64,000 nt of DNA from an uncultured Candidatus Actinomarina sp. (GCA_902610815.1 CACLXG010000001.1:341573-405572), one strand, 5' to 3'. Counted from the first letter of the stretch, positions 1 to 10,685 are shown. The notes: a model not told the origin generated them from the letters alone. Made by a program: numbers and translations.

Positions 1-334
1 TAAAAACCATATCGGACCCTTTTAAAGCTTCCTCTATTAATTCACGGGAATCTATTGCAGCTTGCCTTCCAACTTCAGGATTTGCACCTGCGCCAAGTCC
101 ACGAGTAGTTTTTCTACCTAGATCAAGTTTTAAATCAGCTTTGGATCCTAAAAGACTTTGTGCGTCAGTATTAGCTGCAACAAAATCTACACCTTTAATA
201 CCCATTTTTATCATTCTGTTAACAGCATTTGTTCCACCGCCACCAACACCAACAACTTTAATAACAGCTGTGTAATTCCTAGGTCTCATATTTAAATTGA
301 CTCCCTTTTCTTTAGTACTTCTTTTACTTGCCAT
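1..334 (-). CDS. ftsZ: Cell division GTPase FtsZ, N-terminal part only; the gene continues beyond the window start
   Basis: The reverse-strand translation from the ATG at 334..332 gives [93 protein letters not shown]. The tubulin GGGTGxG loop is actinobacterial in type. A GGAG Shine-Dalgarno lies upstream. It occupies the terminal position of the dcw cluster. Confidence 0.9.
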   Translation of the reverse strand, partial: MASKRSTKEKGVNLNMRPRNYTAVIKVVGVGGGGTNAVNRMIKMGIKGVDFVAANTDAQSLLGSKADLKLDLGRKTTRGLGAGANPEVGRQAAIDSRELIEEALKGSDMVF

Positions 335-432
335 GTTTTAATCTCCATTCAATAAACAAACAATATCACTGGTAACAAATTAAAACAATACATTTTTATA
401 TTTTTATATATATCTATAGTTTAGATTTAGAT

Positions 433-1131
433 TTATAAACAGTCAGCAACTATATCTTCTTTACTGATAAAACGAATTTCCCCTTTACATTCTGATTTTT
501 CAAGGAGAGACCCTAGTGCCGAAGATTTGCTGCCAAGATCCAGAGGTTTCCCAAAGTTGATAACAGTGTCGCGATACTCCCCAATGAAGGTTTCACCGTC
601 GTATATGAAATTAAAAGTGTATACATCAAGGTCATAGCTCTTGAGTGTCATAATAAGTGATACCATTTCTCCATTAAATCCAGCAGGTACAGGGCCGTTA
701 GTTATAGTAAGAGATGATATGTCAATTATTTTATCTGAATCAGTTTCTACCATATTTTTATAAAGGGTGCTTTTTTTAGGTACTGAGCCTCTTAAATCAG
801 TAATAAATAATATCCTATCGTATTCAGTCAATTCTATTGTTAATTCATTGGGATAATCTTTTGTAATAATTAGGCTTTCTATAGTTGGTGTCTTTAGTAC
901 TTCATTAGAAAAAGAATCATTATTAATTAACCAAATTGACTGGCCTAAAGCTAATTTAATTAACTCAGTTTCATCAAATAGCTCATTACTACCGATTACT
1001 TCAACTTTACTAACCCTAAAGTAAGAAGAGTTTATTGAAAAGCCAATATTTAAGACTGTTAATAAAAAAAGTGTGAATATTAAAAATGATCTAAAAGATA
1101 CTTTTTCTTGTTCATTGAAATCAATTTCCAT
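433..1131 (-). CDS. ftsQ: Cell division protein FtsQ/DivIB-like; single N-terminal transmembrane segment plus POTRA-like region
   Basis: 232 aa ORF with one N-terminal hydrophobic helix. It lies between murB and ftsZ in the dcw cluster, and the call is largely positional. Confidence 0.6.
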   Translation of the reverse strand: MEIDFNEQEKVSFRSFLIFTLFLLTVLNIGFSINSSYFRVSKVEVIGSNELFDETELIKLALGQSIWLINNDSFSNEVLKTPTIESLIITKDYPNELTIELTEYDRILFITDLRGSVPKKSTLYKNMVETDSDKIIDISSLTITNGPVPAGFNGEMVSLIMTLKSYDLDVYTFNFIYDGETFIGEYRDTVINFGKPLDLGSKSSALGSLLEKSECKGEIRFISKEDIVADCL

Positions 1132-1992
1132 TTAGATAAACTCACCAATAAACTGAATTTCTTCTTCTAGCTCAATACCATATTTATCATTTACCTTCTC
1201 TTTTACATGTTGTACCAATCTATATAGGGACAAAGCTTTTGCTCCTTTTTTTGCAATGAAAAAATTAGCATGTTTTTTACTAACACTAACGTTGTCGATT
1301 GAATATCCCTTTAAGCCTGTTTTTTCAATTAACTCCCCTGCGAAATAGTCTTTAGAGTTTTTAAATACACTTCCAGCGTTGTATATCCCTGGAGGTTGAC
1401 TTTTTTTTCTGATTTTATTAAATTCAGACATTTTCTCAGAAATTTCTTCAGGGTTGCCTTTTTCAAATTTTAAAATTGCCGACAATATAACTTTATTGCT
1501 TAGATTATTAGATTTTCTGTAACTGTAATTTATTGATTTCGAATCTAATTTAATTATCTGTTTTTGATCTAAGTCATAACAATTGATCTCTACCACATTG
1601 TTCCCTATTTCATATCCATAAGCTCCAGCATTCATTTTTAACGCACCTCCAATTGAGCCAGGAATACCTAACAAAAATTCTCCTCCACTTAAATTTTGCT
1701 CTTTTAAATACCTTGACAAATCTGGTAAATACACACTAGAGCCAACTTCTAATGCATTTCCTTCATTAAGTAAATTTATAAATCCAAAGTCTGTTTGTAA
1801 AACATAACCATTGTACTCGCTGTCAGCAAATGCAATATTTGAACCTTTACCAAGAACAAATGTGTTGCTACTGTTTATTTTTTCAGATATCTTAGAAAAA
1901 CTATCTACATTATCTATAGTTATAAAGTTTTTACACAGGCCACCAAATCTATATGTAGTTACTGATGAAAGATTTACGCTACTTGTTTTCAT
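1132..1992 (-). CDS. murB: UDP-N-acetylenolpyruvoylglucosamine reductase MurB
   Basis: 286 aa with an FAD-binding PCMH-type fold. It carries MurB-like motifs (GGLCKNFITIDNVD, GKGSNIAF) and a C-terminal MurB domain (YSYRKS...FKN). Located in the dcw cluster. Confidence 0.8.
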   Translation of the reverse strand: MKTSSVNLSSVTTYRFGGLCKNFITIDNVDSFSKISEKINSSNTFVLGKGSNIAFADSEYNGYVLQTDFGFINLLNEGNALEVGSSVYLPDLSRYLKEQNLSGGEFLLGIPGSIGGALKMNAGAYGYEIGNNVVEINCYDLDQKQIIKLDSKSINYSYRKSNNLSNKVILSAILKFEKGNPEEISEKMSEFNKIRKKSQPPGIYNAGSVFKNSKDYFAGELIEKTGLKGYSIDNVSVSKKHANFFIAKKGAKALSLYRLVQHVKEKVNDKYGIELEEEIQFIGEFI

Positions 1993-3301
1993 TTAAATAT
2001 TTTAATATCTGAGGACCTAAAAGAGTAATATCTCCAGCTCCAATAGTGAGTATTATATCCCCTGGAGAAATATTATTCTTCAAATAAGGCGGTACCATTC
2101 TCGGTGATTTTATATACTTTATCTTTTCGCTTTCAAACATCAGACTAGATACTCCTGGTATTGGCTTTTCTCCTGCTGAATATATGTCAGTAATTAGAGT
2201 TTTATCGGAGTATTCAAATGATTTACTTAAGTCATAAAAATTGTCTCTAGTTCTTGTGTATCTATGTGGTTGAAACACTACTATTAATTTACCTTTTGTA
2301 TGGTTCTTTAAGGCTTTTGTAGTTGCTTTAATTTCAGTTGGATGATGTCCATAATCATCGTAAAAATGTACGCCATTAAATTCTCCAATAAACTCAGTCC
2401 TTCTTTTCACTCCTGTGAAATGTTCAATTGCATTCAAGCTTTGCTCTATTGATAAACCATTCAAATTTGCTAAAGCAATTGCTCCAATAATATTTGAAAT
2501 AAAGTGATCCCCTATTAGTTTTGTTTTAATTTTGAACTTTTTTCCCTTATATTCAAAATTCGAATATGATTTTAATTTGTAATTGGAATCTTTAGTGAAT
2601 GAGTATGAAATGTCCTCTGGTCTTATTAGTTTTGACAATTGATCATCATCAACATTAATTACGCACTGACCTTCAACATTTGAAATAACATGTTTAAAAG
2701 CTTTAACTAAATTTTCAAAAGATTGAAAATAATCAATATGATCATGGTCTATATTTGTTACAAGTAAGTTTTTAATTTGAATATCTTTAAAAGTATTGAA
2801 TGCTTCATCAGTTTCTAGTATTAAGGGAAGATTTTCATCACCATAATGGCCTCCAATGCCATTAAATGAGGTAACACCACCATATATATATGATATGTCA
2901 ATATCATTAAATTTAAATATATGAGCAAGTAAGGCAGTTGTAGATGTTTTACCATGTGTTCCAGTTATACCGATTACGTCAACAGATTCTGATAGTAATT
3001 TCAGAAAATCTGGCCTTTTTAAAACATTTGGTTTATTCACAAAATCACCTAAGAAAGTAGATTCCATATTTATTGCTGATGAAACAATATATAATGTTTC
3101 ACTGTTGTACTTAGAGTTAGAGATATCGTAATCTACTTTTATACCGTCATTATTAAGAAGATTAGTTATATATGAACTTCTTTGATCATATCCTGAAACT
3201 TCTATACCCTTTTGAAATAAATATTTTGCAATAGAGCTCATGCCAGAACCACCAATACCAATTATGTAACATGATTTAAAGGTACTAATTGATATGCTCA
3301 T
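1979..3301 (-). CDS. murC: UDP-N-acetylmuramate--L-alanine ligase MurC
   Basis: 440 aa with a Mur ligase P-loop (GITGTHGKTSTT) and N-terminal Rossmann motif (IGIGGSGMSSIAKYL). Located in the dcw cluster. Confidence 0.85.
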   Translation of the reverse strand: MSISISTFKSCYIIGIGGSGMSSIAKYLFQKGIEVSGYDQRSSYITNLLNNDGIKVDYDISNSKYNSETLYIVSSAINMESTFLGDFVNKPNVLKRPDFLKLLSESVDVIGITGTHGKTSTTALLAHIFKFNDIDISYIYGGVTSFNGIGGHYGDENLPLILETDEAFNTFKDIQIKNLLVTNIDHDHIDYFQSFENLVKAFKHVISNVEGQCVINVDDDQLSKLIRPEDISYSFTKDSNYKLKSYSNFEYKGKKFKIKTKLIGDHFISNIIGAIALANLNGLSIEQSLNAIEHFTGVKRRTEFIGEFNGVHFYDDYGHHPTEIKATTKALKNHTKGKLIVVFQPHRYTRTRDNFYDLSKSFEYSDKTLITDIYSAGEKPIPGVSSLMFESEKIKYIKSPRMVPPYLKNNISPGDIILTIGAGDITLLGPQILKYLNENK

Positions 3302-4301
3302 AAATTTCCTTGGCTATAGTTTGATTTCCAATAGCTATTTTTGGTATATCTAAATTATTAGATTTAATTTTTAATGAAATTTCTGAAACTTTGTTTAATA
3401 ACTCATCAAATGAATTCACTTTATATCCAAAATTTCTTTCTTCTAAATATCTTGCATTTAACTCTTGGTGCGACGATGTGGTGCCATGCTTGTATGGTAT
3501 TACTATTTGTGGAATACCTAAATAAGCAGCTTCAAGAGAACCTCCCCCAGCACGACCAACTAATATATCAATATTTTTGTAAAAATCATCCATGTCATTT
3601 AAGAAGTCGTAACTTTTATAATTTTGAAGTTCTATTTTTGGAATATTCTTAGCTTTGCCTGTAATGTGTAAAACATTGTACTCGGATTGAACTTCACTAT
3701 TGAGAAACTGTTCAACATAATTATTTATTTCTTCAGAACCTTGACTACCTCCAACAAAACCAATAGTTTGAACTCCCGATGAATTAATTTCTTTTCTTCT
3801 TAGAGTCGTGTTTACTACTGGTCCAGTATGTTTCAATTTACTCTTATATATGTTTTGAGTATCTTCAAATGATGTAAATATTTTTTTTGCAAATATTGCA
3901 CTTATCTTATTTCCTACGCCTGCATAAATATTTTGTTCTTGAATAAAAAATTTAGCTTTCAAAATTTTTGAAACAATTGCAGCTACAGGAGCAATGTATG
4001 CCCCTGTTGTAAAAACTACTGATATATTCTGACCTTTAAGAATTTTACTTATCTCTCTGATAGATCCTAAAATTGTAAAAATATTAAATATGTACCCCAC
4101 TAATCCTTTCTTTGAAACGAATATTTCTTGAGTATGAATGCTAACATCTAAATTATCTAGATATTCTCTTCCCCGATTGTCACAAATAACAAATATATCT
4201 TCATTATTAGTTCCTAATTCTTTTAATTCTTTAATAAGGTTTCGTACCGGTAATACATGTCCTCCAGTCCCAACACAAAAAAAACATACTTTTTTATTCA
4301 T
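3285..4301 (-). CDS. murG: Undecaprenyldiphospho-muramoylpentapeptide beta-N-acetylglucosaminyltransferase MurG
   Basis: 338 aa GT28 family protein with the N-terminal GGTGGHVLP motif. Located in the dcw cluster. Confidence 0.85.
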   Translation of the reverse strand: MNKKVCFFCVGTGGHVLPVRNLIKELKELGTNNEDIFVICDNRGREYLDNLDVSIHTQEIFVSKKGLVGYIFNIFTILGSIREISKILKGQNISVVFTTGAYIAPVAAIVSKILKAKFFIQEQNIYAGVGNKISAIFAKKIFTSFEDTQNIYKSKLKHTGPVVNTTLRRKEINSSGVQTIGFVGGSQGSEEINNYVEQFLNSEVQSEYNVLHITGKAKNIPKIELQNYKSYDFLNDMDDFYKNIDILVGRAGGGSLEAAYLGIPQIVIPYKHGTTSSHQELNARYLEERNFGYKVNSFDELLNKVSEISLKIKSNNLDIPKIAIGNQTIAKEIYEHIN

Positions 4302-5385
4302 AATCTCTTGAATACATAATACCTAATGCTATAAAAATCGAAATCATAGCACTTGATCCATAAGAAACAAATGGAAGAACGATTCCAGTAATTGGCAAAA
4401 GACCTACTGCGCCCCCTAAATTTACAACCGTTTGAAAGAAGATCCAACTACCAAAACCAACAGAAATTAGTTTTTTAATTTCATTTTTTTCTCTAATTGC
4501 TATAAGAAAAGTCGTTGATATTAATATAAAGAAAGCTAAGACCAATAAAAATAAACCAAAAAATCCATACTCTTCACCTATTATCGACGATATAAAATCT
4601 GAATATGAGTTAGGTAACATGCCCCACCTAGCTCTAGATGTGCCAGGACCGAGACCAAAAAGACCTCCTGAACTTATAGCAATTCTGCTTTGGTGTAGCT
4701 GGAAACAGTCCCCCAAAAGATCAACACCATAGTCACACTTTCTGAAAGCTTCTATCCTGCTTAATCGGTAATCGCTTGAAGTTGCTACTAAGTAGAGAGG
4801 CAAAATAGAAGCAAAAATAGTTAGCGCTGGGTAAATAATTTTGATTTTTGAAAAAAATATTTGTGAAAATAAAATAAAACAAATTGAAGCAAAAGTGCCA
4901 TAATCTGGCTCCAATAACACTAAGAAAGCACACAATAATGGTAAAAAGATAGATCTTATAAACTTTTTAAGGTCATTATCATCTGTGATATCATTAGAAA
5001 TTTGTTTTGCAACCCACAATATAATTAAAGGTTTTGCAAGCTCACTTGGTTGAAAATTAACAATCCCAAGATCAATCCATCGTCTACTTCCTCCTACTAC
5101 TATTCCATAAGTTAAAACTAAAAATAGTGTGGTAGTAATAAATACCATTGAAATAGAAGAGAATTTTTCAATGAAGTTAATATTTAAATTTTTTAAAATA
5201 TTAAAAATTATTGCACCGAGTATTATCGCAGTTAAATGACGCTTTATGAAATAAAAATTATCACCATAAAGATTTAAACCTTCAACTGATGAAGCAGACA
5301 CATTCAATAATATTCCAAAAGAAATTAAAAATAGGACAGAAAATATATTTAGTCTCTTAATAAAATTTAATGAATCGACTTTCAA
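4294..5385 (-). CDS. ftsW: Peptidoglycan glycosyltransferase FtsW (SEDS family)
   Basis: 363 aa polytopic membrane protein of the FtsW/RodA/SpoVE family. It sits between murD and murG. Confidence 0.85.
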   Translation of the reverse strand: MKVDSLNFIKRLNIFSVLFLISFGILLNVSASSVEGLNLYGDNFYFIKRHLTAIILGAIIFNILKNLNINFIEKFSSISMVFITTTLFLVLTYGIVVGGSRRWIDLGIVNFQPSELAKPLIILWVAKQISNDITDDNDLKKFIRSIFLPLLCAFLVLLEPDYGTFASICFILFSQIFFSKIKIIYPALTIFASILPLYLVATSSDYRLSRIEAFRKCDYGVDLLGDCFQLHQSRIAISSGGLFGLGPGTSRARWGMLPNSYSDFISSIIGEEYGFFGLFLLVLAFFILISTTFLIAIREKNEIKKLISVGFGSWIFFQTVVNLGGAVGLLPITGIVLPFVSYGSSAMISIFIALGIMYSRDYE

Positions 5386-6566
5386 CTTATTTCACCTACA
5401 ATCATTTCCTTAAAATATTCTCCTCTTTCCATATAATTCTTAAAATCACTGAAACTTGATCCACCGCATGAAAATAGAACAGTATCAAAATTTTTATAAT
5501 TATTTTTTATATACTTTTTTAAATCTTCGAAATCTTCATATTCAACAACTAAGAAATTATCACTATTGATATCAAATTCAGAATTTTTAGGTACTATAAT
5601 TTCTTTTATTTCATTTGAAAGAGATAATCTTTTAATATCTATTCCCTTTAAAAGTCCGTGCATTATAAGCATGCAATTTTTAACTTTGTAAGATGCCTTA
5701 TTAACTGATTCTAAATTCGTTGACTTTGAATCATTTATGAACTTAACTCCATTTTTAGTGTGAAAATGTTCAAATCTATGTTCTACAGATGACTGTGAAG
5801 TTAAAAAATTTAAAACTTCTTCTTTGGTTATAGAAAATTCATTACAAACATCTATAAAAATAGATACAAAATCATCAAAGTAATTATCTAAATTGAATTT
5901 TTCCTCATTAAATTTTTTGACATTTTTAGTTAATATTCCTTCTGTCTTGACTTGACTATCAACAGGTCCTAAATAATTATTTTCCTGATTAGTTGTAAAA
6001 TTAAATATTTTTAATTTAGAAAATACATACTGCTCAAAAGTTTCATGCCAATCAATATGGTCTTGATAGATATTTAAAACAACAGCCATTTCAAGTTCTA
6101 TATTGTTGATATGAGTCAGCTGAAAACTTGAAAGTTCTAAAATCAAATAATCTAAATCTTTCGAATCTGAGATTAAATTTAATGGTGAATTTCCTATGTT
6201 TCCAGCTGGTTTACTTTTAATATCATATTTATTTAAAATTCTGTCTAATAATGTAACAAAAGACGTTTTGCCATTAGTACCTGTGACACCTATAAGTTTT
6301 ACATTATTTATTTCACTGAATAACTCAATGTCTGTCATAATTTTAATTCCACTGGATGATGCCATTTTTAGAATTTCATGATCTTTTTTTATACCAGGAG
6401 ATACAAAAATAGTTTCTATATTGTTAATGTTTTCTGTATTAAATTTATATTTTTTATCTATATTTTCTAAATCATCGTGTATTAAATAGTTTTTGTTTTG
6501 AGAAATTAAATATTTTTCAATATATTGTCCTGTTGAGCCGTATCCAAGTATCAGTGAAGACTTCAT
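5382..6566 (-). CDS. murD: UDP-N-acetylmuramoylalanine--D-glutamate ligase MurD (compact, 394 aa)
   Basis: Mur ligase P-loop GVTGTNGKTS with the context typical of MurD. It sits between mraY and ftsW. Confidence 0.8.
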   Translation of the reverse strand: MKSSLILGYGSTGQYIEKYLISQNKNYLIHDDLENIDKKYKFNTENINNIETIFVSPGIKKDHEILKMASSSGIKIMTDIELFSEINNVKLIGVTGTNGKTSFVTLLDRILNKYDIKSKPAGNIGNSPLNLISDSKDLDYLILELSSFQLTHINNIELEMAVVLNIYQDHIDWHETFEQYVFSKLKIFNFTTNQENNYLGPVDSQVKTEGILTKNVKKFNEEKFNLDNYFDDFVSIFIDVCNEFSITKEEVLNFLTSQSSVEHRFEHFHTKNGVKFINDSKSTNLESVNKASYKVKNCMLIMHGLLKGIDIKRLSLSNEIKEIIVPKNSEFDINSDNFLVVEYEDFEDLKKYIKNNYKNFDTVLFSCGGSSFSDFKNYMERGEYFKEMIVGEIS

Positions 6567-7621
6567 TGACCAAATAATACATAATCTGCATAGAACAAAC
6601 CCAGTCCAATAACTACAGCAATACCATTAATTATCCAAAACCTCACAATAATTGTGGTTTCAGCCCAATTACTCATTTCAAAATGATGATGAATTGGTGC
6701 CATTTTGAAAACTCTTTTTTGTCTATATTTGAATGAAAGTATTTGTACAACTACAGAAACTCCTTCAAGAATAAAAAGAAAACAAAAGAAAAATATTAAT
6801 CCATCTGCACCCAGAGCAAATAATATTAATGGGAATAGAGAACCTAGGAAATGCGATCCTACATCTCCCATTATAATTTTTGCAGGATTGGTATTCCACC
6901 ATAAAAATCCTAAACAAGCACCAGCTACAGCAGAAATTAGTAGCGAAAGTTCAACAGTTAGGAAATCATCACCTATAAAATTGGAATAATACGTTGGATG
7001 ACGATAAATCCAAAAAGAGATAATTAAAATCCCTCCAAAACTAATTGCGCTACTTCCGGCAACCAATCCATCCAAACCATCTGTAAAATTTACCGAATTT
7101 GTAATACCTATAATAAAAAATATAATTATCAACCATTTAACAATGCCTATATCAAAACCTAAACCGCTAAAAAAGTAGAAGTTTGAATCATAATTTAAAA
7201 ATATAAAATAGTAAGCACTAATACAACCAATCAAAAATTGTAAAGCAAATTTTTGTGTAGGTTTTAATCCTAAATTTCTTCCAGCTTTAACCTTTAAATA
7301 ATCGTCTATAAAACCTACCATTGCCATAAGAAAGGCCAGTACAAAAAGTAAAATAACATTTACATTCATAGAAGTTAATTCAACTTTAAACCCTTCTCCA
7401 ATAGTCCAAAAATTTATATGAGATAATGAGTAGCCAGCAATAGTGCCAAAAACAATAAACAATCCTCCCATTGTCGGAGTTCCTTTTTTGTGATCGTGAA
7501 AATTTACCTCTTCTTGAATTTCTTGTCCTATATTTCTAGATCTGAAAAAATTGACACCAATCAATGTAGAAAAAATGACTACAAGAAAACTAATGCCACC
7601 AGATACAATTATTCCAATCAA
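6563..7621 (-). CDS. mraY: Phospho-N-acetylmuramoyl-pentapeptide transferase MraY
   Basis: 352 aa polytopic membrane protein with the conserved MraY motifs DDxxK/D (FIDDYLKVKAG) and HHHFE (MAPIHHHFEMSNW). Confidence 0.9.
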   Translation of the reverse strand: MIGIIVSGGISFLVVIFSTLIGVNFFRSRNIGQEIQEEVNFHDHKKGTPTMGGLFIVFGTIAGYSLSHINFWTIGEGFKVELTSMNVNVILLFVLAFLMAMVGFIDDYLKVKAGRNLGLKPTQKFALQFLIGCISAYYFIFLNYDSNFYFFSGLGFDIGIVKWLIIIFFIIGITNSVNFTDGLDGLVAGSSAISFGGILIISFWIYRHPTYYSNFIGDDFLTVELSLLISAVAGACLGFLWWNTNPAKIIMGDVGSHFLGSLFPLILFALGADGLIFFFCFLFILEGVSVVVQILSFKYRQKRVFKMAPIHHHFEMSNWAETTIIVRFWIINGIAVVIGLGLFYADYVLFGQ

Positions 7622-9012
7622 TTTTCTAACTCCATAATTTCTTTAGTAATTTGAACGTCGTCAAAAGGTATGAATTTATTATCGATTTCCTGATATTTCT
7701 CATGTCCTTTACCTAATACTAATAAAACTTCATTCTCTTTTAATAATTGTACTCCTTTATGTATTGCTTCTTTTCTATCTAGGATTACATCTGAAGTTTT
7801 ATTTAGTGGAATACCTTCAAGTATATTTTTGGATATTTCTAAAGGGTCTTCATTTCTGGGATTATCATTTGTGATGATAACGTAGTCAGCATTTGAGGAA
7901 GCCTCTCCCATTTTCATCCTCTTGCCTTTGTCTCGATCACCTCCAGCACCTAATATTACATTTACTTTTTCATACTTGTTTTGAGCGTATTTAATTGCCT
8001 CTTTTATTGCACTAGGAGTATGTGCATAATCTATTATTACAGTTTTATTGTTTCGATTTATTGTTTCAAACCTTCCAGGTGGATTTACAACATATTGACT
8101 TTTATGTATCAAATCTTCCAGTTCAAATAAATTCGAGTAATAAGCCATAGAAAAAGCTAATAAAAAATTTTCAATTAATTTTGGGCCTGATAAATTAATC
8201 TGACACTCAACTTGATTACTGTCGATTGTGAATTTTAATATTTGTTCATCTATTTCTTTATATCTAACATCATTGTAATCATTTGTACCAATGCTAAATG
8301 ATTCGATATTTGAAGCACTTACAATTTGAGTGCTTTCCGAAGAATCAATATATACAAACTTTTCAGACACTCCTTGTTGAAATAATTTTGCTTTAGAGTT
8401 CAAATAGTTTTCAATTGAACCATGATAATCTAAATGATCTTGGCTCAAATTAGTAAAACCAGATACAAGAAATTTTAAATCTCCTAGTCTGTTTTGATCA
8501 AGAGCATGGGAAGAAACTTCAAGCGACACTGAACTAATATTCTCCTGTTGAAGCGAGATTAATTTTACAACATTAAATAATTTTGGGGTAGTAAGAATTT
8601 TCTCATTAGTGAATGAATATTTTTGTTTCTCATCAATAGTTCCAATGAATAAATTATCTGAACCAATAAGTTGATTCAAATAAAAAGCTGTTGTGGTTTT
8701 TCCATTAGTTCCAGTTATTCCAAAATAATTAAGACTTTTATAATTTGGACTTATCCTTTCAAGAATATAATTAAATACACTCTCATAATCTTCAAATATT
8801 AAAACTTTTTCATCTTGAATATCGCACTTATTACTTGTAATTACAAACTTCGGATTTTCATTTAAAGATGAAGAAATATATTCATTTAATTTATTATTAT
8901 CATCATGATTTATGCACAATATAGAGCCTTCAACTACATCAAATGTATGGTTTACAACTTTTGAATAATCTATATCCAAACTTTTTAAGTATTCTAAATT
9001 TAGATTTTTCAA
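7618..9012 (-). CDS. murE: UDP-N-acetylmuramoyl-L-alanyl-D-glutamate--2,6-diaminopimelate (or L-Lys) ligase MurE
   Basis: 464 aa with P-loop GITGTNGKTTT and the MurE-specific DNPR motif near the C-terminus (ITNDNPRNEDP), plus SSHALDQNR. No second Mur ligase (murF) follows before mraY. Confidence 0.8.
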   Translation of the reverse strand: MKNLNLEYLKSLDIDYSKVVNHTFDVVEGSILCINHDDNNKLNEYISSSLNENPKFVITSNKCDIQDEKVLIFEDYESVFNYILERISPNYKSLNYFGITGTNGKTTTAFYLNQLIGSDNLFIGTIDEKQKYSFTNEKILTTPKLFNVVKLISLQQENISSVSLEVSSHALDQNRLGDLKFLVSGFTNLSQDHLDYHGSIENYLNSKAKLFQQGVSEKFVYIDSSESTQIVSASNIESFSIGTNDYNDVRYKEIDEQILKFTIDSNQVECQINLSGPKLIENFLLAFSMAYYSNLFELEDLIHKSQYVVNPPGRFETINRNNKTVIIDYAHTPSAIKEAIKYAQNKYEKVNVILGAGGDRDKGKRMKMGEASSNADYVIITNDNPRNEDPLEISKNILEGIPLNKTSDVILDRKEAIHKGVQLLKENEVLLVLGKGHEKYQEIDNKFIPFDDVQITKEIMELEN

Positions 9013-9014
9013 AT

Positions 9015-10685
9015 TTATTCTCCTGGTACTAAATAGCTTACAATTTTTTTGAATATTGGAGCGGCTGTTGATCCACCAGTTACATATTCAGTATAAGGAG
9101 AAACCGAAGCTCCCCATAAGATAACAGATCCAACAATTGGTCCTTCATTTGTTTCTATAAAACCTGTAAAAGAAGTATTAAATCTATAATCTGAATATCC
9201 CACTCCCTCTATATGTGATCTGCTTGTTCCAGTTTTACCACCAATTGTATAATTTTCCATAAAGATTGACCGTCCAGTTCCATTTTCTCCTTCTACTACA
9301 TTTATTAGTAAATTTTTTAATCTCTCTGATGAGTTAGAGTCAATTACTTGGTTTGGCGAATAATTAGAATACGGAGATTTAATTAATGTTAAATCAACAT
9401 TTTTACCACCATTAGCAATAATGCTGTAGGCTTTTACCATTTGCATTTGAGTAACATTTATTGAATATCCTATAGACAATGAACTAAGGCATGTTGTACA
9501 TATTTTATTTGGATCAAAACTTCCTTTAGACTCACCAGACAGCTCTATCCCTGTTCTTTTTGAAAATCCAAATTTTGAAAGAAATTCTTCTAAGTCATTA
9601 ATATTTAAATCTTTTGTGGCAATAATTGTTCCAACATTTGAAGATCTTTCAATTATTTCTTTTACTGAAAGGTTGTAGGGTTCATGTTTAAGAAAGTCTT
9701 TGTAGCACCCTTTATAACCTTTGAAATCTTTTTGACATGAGTTTTCAATTATCTCAATAGTGTCTTCAACATAGTATTCTGTTTTTTCGTCTAATAAACC
9801 TTGTTCTAAAGCCAGTCCTATAGAAAATATTTTTAATGATGATCCTGGTTCATATTGTGCCCTTGTACTAATTAAGTCAATATTTATTGATTCTTTATCT
9901 CCTCTCTCTTCAGCAGAAATTAATACTTCTCCAGTATTAGCATTTGCAAAAACAACCGAGCAATTGAACGCTTCTGTGTTTATTAGTGCTTCTTTACATA
10001 AGTTTGTAGCTAAATATTGAAGTTCAGAGTCAAGAGTTAATATCAGATCTTCACCATGAATTGGTTGAGTAGTTTGAATATTTGCTTGTGGAATAATGCT
10101 TCCATTTGGCGCTGCTTCATAACTAATTTTTCCATCAGTACCTTCTAGTGTGCTATTAAAATAAAGCTCTAAACCCTCAATCCCATAATTGTCTGTATCA
10201 ACAAATCCAATAATTTTTCTTATAGATGGAGTATGGATAATCCTTTTACTTGATGGTTCTACCATTACACCATCCAGACTCCAACTTTTTATTTCCTCAC
10301 CTTTTTTATATTCAATATTTCTATCAAGATAAAAAAACCTAGAGGAATTCAGTATTTTATTAGCAATTTCAATGCTATCTTTTTCAAGCAATGGAGACAA
10401 AAGTGTGGAAACCTCTTTGATGTTTTCTACTTTATCTGGATATATTCCTATGTTGAATGATTGTGTGCTTGTTGCTATTGGTTGAAGGTTTTTATCATAT
10501 ATACTCCCCCTCTTAGCTTTAAGAGTTTCTGACTTTATACGGTAAGACAATGCTTGCTCTTGAAAATATTCGGAGTTTGTAAATTGTAAATCGTAAACAT
10601 TTTTTAGAAATAAACCACTAAAAATTGTAAAACTGCTGAAAATAACAATAAATAAACTCCAGTTCTTAATTTGGTTGTATTTCAT
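9015..10685 (-). CDS. ftsI: Peptidoglycan D,D-transpeptidase FtsI (class B PBP)
   Basis: 556 aa with an N-terminal transmembrane segment and the transpeptidase motifs SxxK (SSLK), SxN (SSN) and KTG (GGKTGTS). Located in the dcw cluster. Confidence 0.85.
   Translation of the reverse strand: MKYNQIKNWSLFIVIFSSFTIFSGLFLKNVYDLQFTNSEYFQEQALSYRIKSETLKAKRGSIYDKNLQPIATSTQSFNIGIYPDKVENIKEVSTLLSPLLEKDSIEIANKILNSSRFFYLDRNIEYKKGEEIKSWSLDGVMVEPSSKRIIHTPSIRKIIGFVDTDNYGIEGLELYFNSTLEGTDGKISYEAAPNGSIIPQANIQTTQPIHGEDLILTLDSELQYLATNLCKEALINTEAFNCSVVFANANTGEVLISAEERGDKESINIDLISTRAQYEPGSSLKIFSIGLALEQGLLDEKTEYYVEDTIEIIENSCQKDFKGYKGCYKDFLKHEPYNLSVKEIIERSSNVGTIIATKDLNINDLEEFLSKFGFSKRTGIELSGESKGSFDPNKICTTCLSSLSIGYSINVTQMQMVKAYSIIANGGKNVDLTLIKSPYSNYSPNQVIDSNSSERLKNLLINVVEGENGTGRSIFMENYTIGGKTGTSRSHIEGVGYSDYRFNTSFTGFIETNEGPIVGSVILWGASVSPYTEYVTGGSTAAPIFKKIVSYLVPGE

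Noticed and set aside
331-432. Short tandem repeat tttagatttagattta upstream of ftsZ
   Set aside because: There are only about 2.5 copies of a 6-mer in an AT-rich intergenic region. It may be promoter-related, but there is no evidence of function and it is too short to call a repeat element.
1811-1996. Small ORFs (60-140 aa) antisense to the large genes (e.g. 1811..1996, 3374..3652, 6705..6989, 26658..27008, 42299..42718, 55085..55438)
   Set aside because: They are fully embedded antisense to well-supported conserved genes and have no motifs. They are typical spurious ORFs; the AT-rich sequence yields few stops in some frames.
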